Program-made: the position numbers and the translations under genes
The notes under the pieces: generated by a model
Database searches by the model: none
What the model saw: the letters and a program-made list of their open reading frames with translations, nothing else
What the model was told of the DNA's origin: nothing
In this document: positions 1 through 10,188 of the stretch, one piece after another
Layout of the letters: each line of letters opens with the position of its first letter
Position numbering within the stretch: position 1 is the first letter of the stretch
Source of the DNA: Hyalangium minutum
GTDB taxonomy: Bacteria; Myxococcota; Myxococcia; Myxococcales; Myxococcaceae
Assembly (NCBI RefSeq): GCF_000737315.1
Contig: NZ_JMCB01000032.1
Location: 5,792-69,791 of the forward strand
Length of the DNA: 64,000 bases
Reading direction: 5' to 3'

Positions 1-2
1 GC

Positions 3-1376
<1,374 letters not shown>

Positions 1377-1418
1377 GGGCGGGGGGCTCGGGCCCTCGCT
1401 GGCCTGGAAGGTACTGCC

Positions 1419-2417
1419 TTGCTCGTCCTTGGATTGGAAACCAGCTGTGATGAGACCGCCGCCGCCCTCGTGGAAGACGGGCGGCGAGTGCTCTCGGATG
1501 TCGTCTCCACCCAGGTGGATATCCACCGGCGCTGGGGCGGAGTGGTGCCGGAGCTCGCCAGCCGCAACCACATCGTCCAGGTGATGCCGGTGCTCCACGA
1601 GGCGCTGACGCGCGCGGGCCGGACGCTGGACGACGTGGATCTGATTGCCGTCACCTCGGGGCCGGGGCTGATTGGTGCGCTGCTGGTGGGCGTGCAGGTG
1701 GCCAAGTCGCTGAGCCTGGCCACGGGCAAACCGTTCGTGGGAGCCAACCACCTGGAGGGCCACCTGCTGGCCATCCGGCTGCTGGAGGATGCGCCCGAGC
1801 CGCCGTTCCTCGGGCTGGTGGTCTCTGGCGGGCACACGAGCCTGTACGAGGTGCAGGACTACGGGCGCTACCGGCTGGTGGGCAGCACGCGCGACGACGC
1901 GGCGGGAGAGGCCTACGACAAGACGGCGCGCATCCTGGGGCTACCGTACCCGGGTGGACTGCCGATTGACCAACTGGCGCAGAAGGGAAACCCGGAGGCC
2001 ATCCACTTCCCGCGAGCGTTGCCGCAGCCGGACACGTTTGACGTGTCGTTCTCGGGGCTGAAGACGGCGGTGCTGAACCACGTGCGCAAGCACGGTGTGC
2101 CAGAGGGGCAGGCGCTGGCGGATCTGTGCGCCTCGTTCCAGGAGGCGGTGGCGGACGCGCTGTCGAAGAAGTTCGTGGCAGCGGCGCGGCGGCTGGGGCT
2201 GAAGCGGCTGGTGGTGTGCGGCGGCGTGGCGGCGAACTCGCGGTTGCGCTCGTTGTGCCTGGAGCGGGCGGAGGATCGGGGATTGAAGCTCTACCTGCCA
2301 CCGGTGAGGCTGTGCACGGACAACGGAGCGATGATCGCGGTGGCCGGGTACGAGGCCTGGCGCCGGGGTCTGCGTGGGGACTTCAAGCTCGCCGCGGATC
2401 CGGCGTGGCGGATGTAA
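1419..2417 (+). CDS. tsaD: tRNA N6-threonylcarbamoyladenosine synthesis protein TsaD
   Basis: LGLETSCDETA, GGVVPELASRNH, NHLEGH, VSGGHT, DDAAGEAYDK, CTDNGAMIA motifs. Confidence 0.97.
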   Translation: MLVLGLETSCDETAAALVEDGRRVLSDVVSTQVDIHRRWGGVVPELASRNHIVQVMPVLHEALTRAGRTLDDVDLIAVTSGPGLIGALLVGVQVAKSLSLATGKPFVGANHLEGHLLAIRLLEDAPEPPFLGLVVSGGHTSLYEVQDYGRYRLVGSTRDDAAGEAYDKTARILGLPYPGGLPIDQLAQKGNPEAIHFPRALPQPDTFDVSFSGLKTAVLNHVRKHGVPEGQALADLCASFQEAVADALSKKFVAAARRLGLKRLVVCGGVAANSRLRSLCLERAEDRGLKLYLPPVRLCTDNGAMIAVAGYEAWRRGLRGDFKLAADPAWRM

Positions 2418-2427
2418 GGGAGGGACA

Positions 2428-3258
2428 GTGGAGACGCCGAGAGACATCCTCAAGCGCCATGGGCTGCACGCGAAGTACAGCTGGGGGCAGAACTTCCTGG
2501 GAGATGAGTCCTCGCTCCGAGACATTGCGGGCGCGCTGGAGCTGCGCGACGGCGAGCCCGTGGTGGAGCTGGGGCCGGGGCTGGGGCACCTGACGCGCTT
2601 CCTGGCGGCGACGGGGGCGAAGGTGACGGCGGTGGAGAAGGACCGGGACATGATCGCCGTGCTGGAGAAGGAGGCGATCCCGGGGGTGAAGGTGGTGTCG
2701 GGGAACGCGGCCACGGTGAACTTCGCGGAGGCTGCGGGGGTGCCCCAGGTGGCGGTGGTGGGCAACCTGCCGTACCACCTGACGAGCTCGATCCTCTTCC
2801 AGGTACTGGAGCAGCGCGCGCAGGTGTCGCGGGCGGTGTTCACGCTGCAGAAGGAAGTGGTGGAGCGGCTGGCGGCGGAGCCGGGGACGCGGGACTACGG
2901 GCTGCTGACGGTGTTGCTGGGCTTGTACTTCGACATCGAGCACCTGTTCACGTTGGACGCGCACCTGTTCCACCCGCCGCCGAAGGTGGACTCGGCGGTG
3001 GTGCGGCTGACGCGGCTGAAGGAGCCGCGCGCGTCGGTGGTGGACGGGGAGCGCTTCATCCGGCTGGTGAAGGCGGCGTTCGCGCAGCGGCGCAAGACGC
3101 TGCTGAACTCGCTCAAGTCGGACCGCTCGCTGGCCTCGCCCGAGCAGTACGCGAAGGCGCTGGAGACCGCTGGCATCGACCCCATGCGTCGCGCCGAGAC
3201 ACTCACGTCTCAGGAGTTCGCCGCACTGGAGCGCGCCCTGGGGCCTGTGAACGCGTAG
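2428..3258 (+). CDS. rsmA: 16S rRNA adenine dimethyltransferase RsmA/KsgA
   Basis: GQNFL, ELGPGLGHLT, GNLPY, FHPPPKVDSAV motifs; GTG at 2428 after GGAGGGA. Confidence 0.95.
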   Translation: METPRDILKRHGLHAKYSWGQNFLGDESSLRDIAGALELRDGEPVVELGPGLGHLTRFLAATGAKVTAVEKDRDMIAVLEKEAIPGVKVVSGNAATVNFAEAAGVPQVAVVGNLPYHLTSSILFQVLEQRAQVSRAVFTLQKEVVERLAAEPGTRDYGLLTVLLGLYFDIEHLFTLDAHLFHPPPKVDSAVVRLTRLKEPRASVVDGERFIRLVKAAFAQRRKTLLNSLKSDRSLASPEQYAKALETAGIDPMRRAETLTSQEFAALERALGPVNA

Positions 3259-3399
3259 CCTGGGCTGAGTCGGATAGCCCGGTCCTTGCTGCGAGCAGAC
3301 TCACCTCGTTGAGTCGAATGGGGCGGGCGATGAAAGCGGAGAGGCGCTGGTCCCCAGCATCGTTTCAGCGGGGGCTCCTTGCCCCAAGAGAGAGGCTCC

Positions 3400-4011
3400 A
3401 TGAGAAACCTGCTCTTCGTGGCAACGATGGCCCTCGTGAGCTGCGCGCGGACCCCTGCAGCGCCATTGGCTCCGCTGGAGCAGGATGAGTCCATCGTCTT
3501 TCCGGAGAGCTTCGGGGCTGCTCCCGTGGTGGGCCGAGCCGGCAAGCCCTACTCATTGGAGGGAGTGACACTTCAGGCGCTCATGGTGGCGACCCAGGAT
3601 TTCCTCGCTCCCGGTTCAAAAGAGGCTCCGTGCTGGAGCAGGCCCGATGCCTACGTCTACCAGGTGCTTCGCCAGGAGGACGTCATCTTCATTGAGATCC
3701 ATGCGGACCCTGCGGCGTGTGAAGGACAGTTCCTCATGCTGGACTCGGGCATCCGCTACGCGGTCAGCGTGGATGGCCGGATTCTGCGGCGGCTCCGCAC
3801 AGGAGAGCCTGGAGGGAGGAGTCCTGCCCCGACTGTCATAGATGCAGGGGTGAGCTCAGGGACGAGGGAACTGGACCTCTCCGGCGCCGTGGTGGCTCCG
3901 CCGGGCACCTCCGCGCAGGGGCTACCGTGGAGGCGACAGGACGGAGGCGTCGGAGATGGCGGAACACCTTCTCTCCCGAAGATGGACGGTGGCGTGACGG
4001 TGCCTCAGTAA
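3400..4011 (+). CDS. Hypothetical lipoprotein
   Basis: ATG at 3400 after GAGAGG; signal MRNLLFVATMALVS-C (lipobox). Confidence 0.75.
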   Translation: MRNLLFVATMALVSCARTPAAPLAPLEQDESIVFPESFGAAPVVGRAGKPYSLEGVTLQALMVATQDFLAPGSKEAPCWSRPDAYVYQVLRQEDVIFIEIHADPAACEGQFLMLDSGIRYAVSVDGRILRRLRTGEPGGRSPAPTVIDAGVSSGTRELDLSGAVVAPPGTSAQGLPWRRQDGGVGDGGTPSLPKMDGGVTVPQ

Positions 4012-4042
4012 CCTGTGAACGCGCAGCCTGGGCTGCGAGCTC

Positions 4043-4639
4043 CTACCGCTCCAGTCCCTTCAGAAGCCGCTGGACCCAGGCGCGGCGATCCGCTTCCTGG
4101 GTGAAGTCGAGCGGCAGGAACGCGGAGAAGAGCCCCGGAAGCATCCCCAGCGTCAGGAGCGGTGCCCAGAGCTGCGCGAGGGTGATGCGCAGCTCCTCGG
4201 CGGACAGGTGAGGCGCGGCCGGTGCGACGCGCAGCGTGAGTTCCTCCAGGAACGCATTGAGCCGCTTCACCGCCGGGCCCTCGTAGGACTGCTTGACCAG
4301 CGCATCGTGAAGGTGCGCGTGCGCGATGCGAGGGTACCGGGTCGAGTGCACCAGGTAGTCCTCGAGGACCTTCGCGAGCGCAGGCAGGACCTCGAGCCCG
4401 CTCGCGCGCTGCGTGTCGAAGTCGGTGAGGACCTCACCGAAGGCCTGATCCAGCGTGCTCTCCAACGCCAGCGCGATCAGGCGCTCCTTGCTTCCGAAGT
4501 AGTAGTTGATCGCGGCGCTGTTCACTCCGGCCTCGCGCGCGATCTCCCGGATCCCCGTGGCCTCCAGTCCGGCGCGTTCGATGCACGTCACCGCCGCCAC
4601 CAGGATCCGGGCACGGACGGTCGGATTCTTTTCCGCCAT
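4043..4639 (-). CDS. TetR/AcrR family regulator
   Basis: N-terminal HTH: RARILVAA...TGIREIAREAGVNSAAINYYFGSKERL. Confidence 0.93.
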   Translation of the reverse strand: MAEKNPTVRARILVAAVTCIERAGLEATGIREIAREAGVNSAAINYYFGSKERLIALALESTLDQAFGEVLTDFDTQRASGLEVLPALAKVLEDYLVHSTRYPRIAHAHLHDALVKQSYEGPAVKRLNAFLEELTLRVAPAAPHLSAEELRITLAQLWAPLLTLGMLPGLFSAFLPLDFTQEADRRAWVQRLLKGLER

Positions 4640-4695
4640 GAAGGCAAACCCCAGGAAGGACTCGGTCCAGGTGACACCTATCGCATGCCCCGGTG

Positions 4696-4726
4696 TTCAA
4701 TCAGCCGATTAAATCTGTTGATTTAA
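4696..4726. promoter_or_regulatory. Two overlapping inverted repeats, probable operator of the adjacent TetR
   Basis: TTCAATC-AGCC-GATTAAA (4696-4713) and perfect TTAAATC-TGTT-GATTTAA (4709-4726) in an AT-rich divergent intergenic region. Confidence 0.65.
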
Positions 4727-4742
4727 ACCTGGGAGTGATGCG

Positions 4743-6119
4743 ATGAATTCGAGCAACAAAGAGACTGACTCGGACGGGAAGGCATCTGGACGACCCTCTC
4801 GGCGCCAGGCGCTCGGTGGGGCAGGGCTGTTCCTGGGGGGAGCGCTCGCTGCGCTAGGGATCCAGCGGGCCAGCAGTGCCGCACCGGAGGACGTTCCGGG
4901 GATCAAGCCTCGCAGCGACGCCTGGTACGACCTGCGCTTCACTGGCGACGGCCTGATGGACAACCAGCTGCTGTGGTTTCTCGGTCACGCCACCACCGGC
5001 ATGAGCGACATCGGCGAGTGCCTCGAGACGGCGAAGCGCATCCGTCCTGGAGAGGAGGAGAGCTGGTTCGCCGCCTGGCTCCAGACGGCGGAGCGGGTTC
5101 ACCGGTTCGCGGAGACCGCCGAAGGTCGAAGCCACGCTCTGAGCGCGGGAGAGACCTATAGGCGCGCCGCGAACTACTACCGCGCGGCGACGATGCACTA
5201 CACCGGCCGCGGCGACCCACGGCTCCTCGAGGCAACGCGCCGGGCCGTGGCCACCTTTGAGAAGTCCAACGCCCTGCTGGGCTACCCGGCGGAGCCGCTC
5301 GAAATCCCGTACGAAGGGAGCTCGCTGCCCGGCTACTTCATCCGCTCGCCGCACGCGAAGCCCTCCGCGCCGATCCTCGTTTTGCATCAGGGGCTGCACG
5401 CCTGGCCCGAGGAGACGCGCTGGGTCTACGACGGGGCCATCAAGCGCGGCTATCACGCGCTCATCTTCCATGGGCCGGGGCAGGGCCGGGCGCTGCGCGA
5501 GAAGGGGCTGGCCTTCCGGCCTGACTGGGAGCGCGTGGTGAGCCCGGTGATCGATGTCGCGGAGCGGCTGGCGGGAGTGGATCCCCGGCGGATCCTCCTG
5601 ATGGGGCTGTCCTTCGGGGGCGCCCTGGCCCCGCGTGCGGCGGCGTTCGACAAGCGCATCGCCCTGTGCATCGCGAACCCGGGCGTCCTGAGCTGGTGGG
5701 AAGCGATGAAGAGCCACTTCGAGCGCTTCATCCCGGGTGTCATCTCGTTGCTCCGCTCGCAGCCCGAGCTGTTCGACAAGGCGATCCACCGGCTCGCGAG
5801 CGGGTGGCCGACAGCGGCGTACTGGCTGCGCGATGTGCAGTGGAAGCATGGGGCCTCGTCTCCGGCGGAGGTCTTCCAGAAGCTCTCCGAGTTCGACAAC
5901 GAGCCCGTCGTCCATCGGATCACCTGCCCCGTGCTGATCATGGAGGGCACGGCGGAGGATGCGAGCCCGGGGCAGTCGCGCAAGCTGTACGACGCGCTGA
6001 AGGGGCCGAAGCACCTCATGGAGTTCACGGAGGAGGACGCTGCGCCTCTGCACTGCCAGGCGGGGGCGGGCGCGCTCGCGGCGCAGCGGCTGTTCGACTG
6101 GCTCGACGAGAACGTCTGA
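4743..6119 (+). CDS. Tat-exported alpha/beta hydrolase (S9/esterase-like)
   Basis: SRRQAL twin-arginine motif plus hydrophobic stretch; GLSFG nucleophile elbow; late Asp and His (GTAED, LHCQAG). Confidence 0.85.
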   Translation: MNSSNKETDSDGKASGRPSRRQALGGAGLFLGGALAALGIQRASSAAPEDVPGIKPRSDAWYDLRFTGDGLMDNQLLWFLGHATTGMSDIGECLETAKRIRPGEEESWFAAWLQTAERVHRFAETAEGRSHALSAGETYRRAANYYRAATMHYTGRGDPRLLEATRRAVATFEKSNALLGYPAEPLEIPYEGSSLPGYFIRSPHAKPSAPILVLHQGLHAWPEETRWVYDGAIKRGYHALIFHGPGQGRALREKGLAFRPDWERVVSPVIDVAERLAGVDPRRILLMGLSFGGALAPRAAAFDKRIALCIANPGVLSWWEAMKSHFERFIPGVISLLRSQPELFDKAIHRLASGWPTAAYWLRDVQWKHGASSPAEVFQKLSEFDNEPVVHRITCPVLIMEGTAEDASPGQSRKLYDALKGPKHLMEFTEEDAAPLHCQAGAGALAAQRLFDWLDENV

Positions 6120-6136
6120 GCGCCAGAGGGGCTGAG

Positions 6137-7219
6137 ATGAAGCGATCGATCGCCGTGTTGCTGTTGTGGTGTGTCACCGCCGGGGCCGAGGAGCCGGCGG
6201 CTGCGGACGCGCGGGTGGACGGGGCGCTGGACGTGGTGCCCTTCGCGCTCCCGGCCTACCAGCCGGAGACGAGCTGGTTGCTGGGGGGCGCGGCCGCGCT
6301 CGTGTACCAGCCGCCCAAGGACAGTGGGCGCCGGGAGTCGCAGCTCCTCCTGGCGGGCGCCGCGAGCGTGCGCAAGCAGTTCACCCTGAGCCTCTCGTCA
6401 GACGTCTACGCCTGGGAGGACCGGCTGCACCTGGGAGGGACCCTCAGCGCAGCCCGATTTCCGGACCAGTTCTTCGGAGTGGGCTCCGACACGCGTGCCA
6501 GCGAGAAGGAGCCCTACTCACCCACCTACTATGAGCTTGAGCTCAGTCCGAAGTGGCGGGTGCTCCCGGCGCTCTATGTCGGTCCCAGTGGCCGCCTCCA
6601 GATCGCCAGAGTGGCCGGGCAGCTTCCTGGAGGGCTGCTGGATCGGGGCGAGGTGACGGGGGAGCGCGGGGGGACGACGGTTCAGTTGGGCGTCTCGGCA
6701 TTCTGGGACACGCGAGACAGCACGCTCTACCCTCGAAGTGGTTCGCTGATCCGCGCGCAGGCGCGCATGGCCAGGCGGGCGCTGGGCTCCACCACGGAGT
6801 TCAACCTGCTGCGCATCGACGGCCGCACCTACTGGACGATGCCCTATGCCCGGCACGTGCTTGCGCTGCAGGCGCTCCTGGAGCTTCGCGGAGGCGAGCC
6901 ACCGTTCTACGACACCGGCAAGCTCGGCAGCGGCGAGATGATGCGCGGCTACTATGAAGGCCGCTTCCGTGACAGGCAGCACCTGGCGCTGCAGGCCGAG
7001 TACCGCACTCCGCTCTTCTGGCGCGTGGGCAGCGTCGTATTCGCCTCGGTGGGGAACGTGGGCCGGAACCTGGACGCCGCGATGCTGTCCGGGCTCAAAC
7101 CCGCGGCGGGGGCGGGCCTGCGTCTGGCGCCCATGAAGGACGTGCCGGTGAACCTCCGGCTCGACGTCGCGTACGGCAGCGACCTGTTCTTCTATCTGAA
7201 CCTGGGTGAGGCCTTCTGA
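6137..7219 (+). CDS. Omp85 (BamA/TamA) family outer-membrane beta-barrel without obvious POTRA domains
   Basis: Signal peptide MKRSIAVLLLWCVTAGA; MRGYYEGRFRD motif; C-terminal YLNLGEAF; ATG at 6137. Confidence 0.85.
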   Translation: MKRSIAVLLLWCVTAGAEEPAAADARVDGALDVVPFALPAYQPETSWLLGGAAALVYQPPKDSGRRESQLLLAGAASVRKQFTLSLSSDVYAWEDRLHLGGTLSAARFPDQFFGVGSDTRASEKEPYSPTYYELELSPKWRVLPALYVGPSGRLQIARVAGQLPGGLLDRGEVTGERGGTTVQLGVSAFWDTRDSTLYPRSGSLIRAQARMARRALGSTTEFNLLRIDGRTYWTMPYARHVLALQALLELRGGEPPFYDTGKLGSGEMMRGYYEGRFRDRQHLALQAEYRTPLFWRVGSVVFASVGNVGRNLDAAMLSGLKPAAGAGLRLAPMKDVPVNLRLDVAYGSDLFFYLNLGEAF

Positions 7220-7239
7220 CCCGGCTCTGCAGACTCACA

Positions 7240-7353
7240 TGCGGAATCCGCAGTGGCATCTGCGGGTCTCGCAGTCCCCTGCACACGCTGAACACGTAAC
7301 CGCGCGAAACCACCGGCTCACCGTGGCTCGCAGGGGCTGGCGCGCGCCTTGCT
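7240..7353 (+). promoter_or_regulatory. Sigma54-type promoter with two upstream palindromes
   Basis: TGGC-GCGCGCC-TTGCT at 7338-7353 has -24/-12 spacing; TGCGGAATCCGCA (7240-7252) and TGCGGGTCTCGCA (7261-7273) are 21 bp apart. Confidence 0.6.
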
Positions 7354-7422
7354 CAAGCTCGTCCGCAGGAGCACGGCCCGGGTGCTCCTTCCAGAGACAC
7401 CTGAGACGTGAGGAGACGAGCC

Positions 7423-8919
7423 ATGAAGAGCCTGATCGAGAAGAGCCGAGCCGCAGTGGTGGGAGCCCTCGTGCTGGCGTGGATGAGCGGTTGTGGCACC
7501 CCCGCCGACACGGAGCAGACCCCCGCAGCCGAGGATCCCGCGCTAGGCAACGCCCTCCCCAATCAGCCCGATCGCGGTGGCATCGGCATGGCGCTTCCTC
7601 CTCCTCCTCCTCCTCCTCCTCCCACCGGACCGAACCCCACTCCGCCGCCTCCGCCCCCGACCAGCGGAGTGGATCCCCAGCGCTCCCTCGCCGTGACGGA
7701 TGACGCGATCCTCAACAAGTTCACCTTCATCGCGGTGATGGACCAGCTCGTCGGCACCAGCGGCGTGCCAACCACGGCGCTGAACCTCTTCCGGCAGTGG
7801 TGGGACACGCAGCGGCCGGCTCCAGGGCTCGGGGCGGGACCGCACTGCGACAGCCCGGGCGTGGCCAACATGAACGGCTTCCCGTACACGTGCCCGCGAG
7901 CCGAGGGAAACCTGGCCAACGCGGACCCCTTCACCAACCCCGCTGGCAACCCGAACTCCTTCATCCCCGTGGGGCTCTTCAACCGCTTCGATCTGGCCCC
8001 CACCCACGGAGCCAACTGCGGCGAGTACCGCATCGTCTTCGCCAAGCGCTCGGGCCTCACCAACCCGCAGGACCGGCTGTTCCTCATCTTCGAGGCCGTG
8101 CTGCCCAACCCCACGCCGGAGCAGGGTCTCGAGGGCTGCCGCCCGGTGGCGAACTTCTGGAGCGGGCTGACCGCGGACGCGGACGTGAACTCGCGGGGTG
8201 ACAAGCTGCGCAGCTTCTACTTCAACGGGCTCCCGGGCTTCATGCCAGTGATCCACACGGACAACCTGGGCAGCCGCGCGAGCAACACGGGCCAGGTGCG
8301 CACCAACCAGTTCATGCAGCCCGCGTGGATGCTGCGCGAGTTCAAGCTTCAGAAGAGCTGCGCTACGAGCCCCTGCTCCGTCCAGTTCATCCCGTCCACG
8401 GTGAAGACCAACCCGGGCGGTGCACTCTTCAACCCCTCGTCCTCGCACGCGCGGGCCGCGGACTTCCAGAGCGCCATCTTCCCGGCCCAGGTGGCCAGCC
8501 TGGCCGTCAACAACATCAACGGCTTCGGCTTCTCGGTGCCTGACGCCTTCAACAGCGGCCAGTCCGATGAGCAGAACCCGATGGAGAACCACTACGTGAA
8601 CCAGTTCGGCACGGGCCCGAGCCCGCTGCGCACGAACATCCAGAACCAGCTGAACGCCATCGGCAGCACGCTGACGCCGAACCAGATTGTGGCGCGCGCC
8701 ATGTCCCTCTCGTGCGCGGGCTGCCACCGTCTGAGCAACGGGGCTGACCTGGGCGGTGGGCTGCGCTGGCCGCCCTCGCTGGACTTCACCCACATCTCCG
8801 AGCAGACCGATCAGGGCCCGGACGGCCCGCGGCACCGCCTCTCTCCGGCGCTGGTGAATGTGTTCCTGCCGCACCGCAAGGCTGTGCTCGACGCGTTCCT
8901 CGGCTCGGCCGCGCAGTAA
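7423..8919 (+). CDS. Lipoprotein with one CxxCH heme-binding motif, function unknown
   Basis: AGGAG then ATG 7423; lipobox LAWMSG-C; polyproline linker; SCAGCH near C-terminus. Confidence 0.8.
   Translation: MKSLIEKSRAAVVGALVLAWMSGCGTPADTEQTPAAEDPALGNALPNQPDRGGIGMALPPPPPPPPPTGPNPTPPPPPPTSGVDPQRSLAVTDDAILNKFTFIAVMDQLVGTSGVPTTALNLFRQWWDTQRPAPGLGAGPHCDSPGVANMNGFPYTCPRAEGNLANADPFTNPAGNPNSFIPVGLFNRFDLAPTHGANCGEYRIVFAKRSGLTNPQDRLFLIFEAVLPNPTPEQGLEGCRPVANFWSGLTADADVNSRGDKLRSFYFNGLPGFMPVIHTDNLGSRASNTGQVRTNQFMQPAWMLREFKLQKSCATSPCSVQFIPSTVKTNPGGALFNPSSSHARAADFQSAIFPAQVASLAVNNINGFGFSVPDAFNSGQSDEQNPMENHYVNQFGTGPSPLRTNIQNQLNAIGSTLTPNQIVARAMSLSCAGCHRLSNGADLGGGLRWPPSLDFTHISEQTDQGPDGPRHRLSPALVNVFLPHRKAVLDAFLGSAAQ
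7597..7620 (+). repeat. (CCT)8 trinucleotide repeat encoding polyproline
   Basis: Eight consecutive CCT codons read directly. Confidence 0.9.
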
Positions 8920-8920
8920 C

Positions 8921-9526
8921 TCAGCGGGGCGGAGGGGTGGGGGAGGGCTCCTCCCCCTTCGCCAGCAGCAGCGCCCGGGCCGCCTGAAGCACCTCATCCG
9001 AGAGGGGCTGAGAGGAGGTCGCCCGGGCCAGCGTCAAGGCCCCGAAGCACAGCGCAACGCTGGCCAGGGCCTTCTGCCGAGCCGTGACGCCCTGCTCGTC
9101 GGTCAGGTGGGCCTGGGCCTCGCGGACCAGCGCATCGAGTCCCTCGGCGAGCGTGCCCTGAAGTTCCGGAGCGGCCCGAGTGAGGTCCGAGAGGACGGAG
9201 GGCATCATGCAGCCCCCCTGCGGATCATCGCGGCGCTGGCGGGTGAGGTAGCGGCGGACGAAGTGGCTCAGCCACTCGGGGCCGTGCAGCTCCTCGAGCC
9301 CCGCCACCCACCGCTCCTTGCTCTGCTGGAGGAAGCTCCGCAGGGCCTCTCGCTGCAGCTCCTCCTTCGAGGTGAAGTGGGCATAGAAGCCGCCCACCGT
9401 CAGGCCCGCGGCGCGCATCACCCGCTCCACGCTGGCGCCCGCGAAGCCCTGCTTCCGGAAGAGCGCGTCGGCGGCCGCGAGGATGCGCGCACGGGTGGAG
9501 GGCTTCTGCTCGGGGCCATACCGCAT
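8921..9526 (-). CDS. TetR/AcrR family regulator
   Basis: TRARILAAADALFRKQGF...GLTVGGFYAHFTSKEEL HTH. Confidence 0.93.
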   Translation of the reverse strand: MRYGPEQKPSTRARILAAADALFRKQGFAGASVERVMRAAGLTVGGFYAHFTSKEELQREALRSFLQQSKERWVAGLEELHGPEWLSHFVRRYLTRQRRDDPQGGCMMPSVLSDLTRAAPELQGTLAEGLDALVREAQAHLTDEQGVTARQKALASVALCFGALTLARATSSQPLSDEVLQAARALLLAKGEEPSPTPPPR

Positions 9527-9541
9527 GGGGACCTCCCTCTC

Positions 9542-10057
9542 TCAGGTTCCAGCGCCGGACGGCCGGAAGATCATGCAGGTGGTGACGCCGTGGGCGTACA
9601 ACTTTCCGGAGGCATCCGTCACCCGGCCCTGCGCGGTGGCCATGCGGCCTCCCAGGTGGATGATCTCCCCGGTGCAAGTCAGCCGCCCCGTGTCGTGGGT
9701 GATGGGGCGCACGAAGGTCACGTGCAGATCCAGCGTGGTGTAGCTCGCGCCCGCTGGCAGGGTGCTATGGACCGCGCACGCCATCGCCGAGTCCAGCAGC
9801 GTCGCAGCCAGCCCGCCGTGCACGGTGCCGATGGGGTTGTAGTGGTACTCGGCCGGCTCCACGGTGAAGACGGCGCGTCCTTCCTGGAACTCGGAGGGGC
9901 CCATCCCCAGCAGCTCGGCGATGGGAGGGCCGGGCAACTCGCCTCGTTGCATGGCCCGCAGGTACTCCAGCCCGGAGAGCTGCTTCGCCGCAGTGACTCC
10001 CTCCCGGTAGTCCTTCCACGTCACGGTCCGTGTGCGCTGCGCGCTCCCCTCGCTCAT
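9542..10057 (-). CDS. PaaI family thioesterase (hotdog fold)
   Basis: YHYNPIGTVHGGLAATLLDSAMACA motif. Confidence 0.92.
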   Translation of the reverse strand: MSEGSAQRTRTVTWKDYREGVTAAKQLSGLEYLRAMQRGELPGPPIAELLGMGPSEFQEGRAVFTVEPAEYHYNPIGTVHGGLAATLLDSAMACAVHSTLPAGASYTTLDLHVTFVRPITHDTGRLTCTGEIIHLGGRMATAQGRVTDASGKLYAHGVTTCMIFRPSGAGT

Positions 10058-10077
10058 ATGGGCTCCTTGCCTTTGGA

Positions 10078-10148
10078 ATGATGGGCATCATCTCTGGGGA
10101 ACAATTCGGGCGCCCCAGTGAGTACCCTGATAGAATGATGGACATAAT
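10078..10148. promoter_or_regulatory. Two copies of a 14-bp palindromic operator
   Basis: ATGATG-GG-CATCAT (10078-10091, perfect) and ATGATG-GA-CATAAT (10135-10148) between divergent PaaI-tetR and fabF. Confidence 0.65.
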
Positions 10149-10188
10149 ATAAATCATCACTCAGGGCAAGTGAGAGGGGAGCAGACCG

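Noticed and set aside
5666-6136. N-terminal extension of the Omp85 gene (or hydrolase-barrel fusion)
   Set aside because: Overlaps the hydrolase in another frame, which has its own stop at 6119; signal peptide begins at 6137
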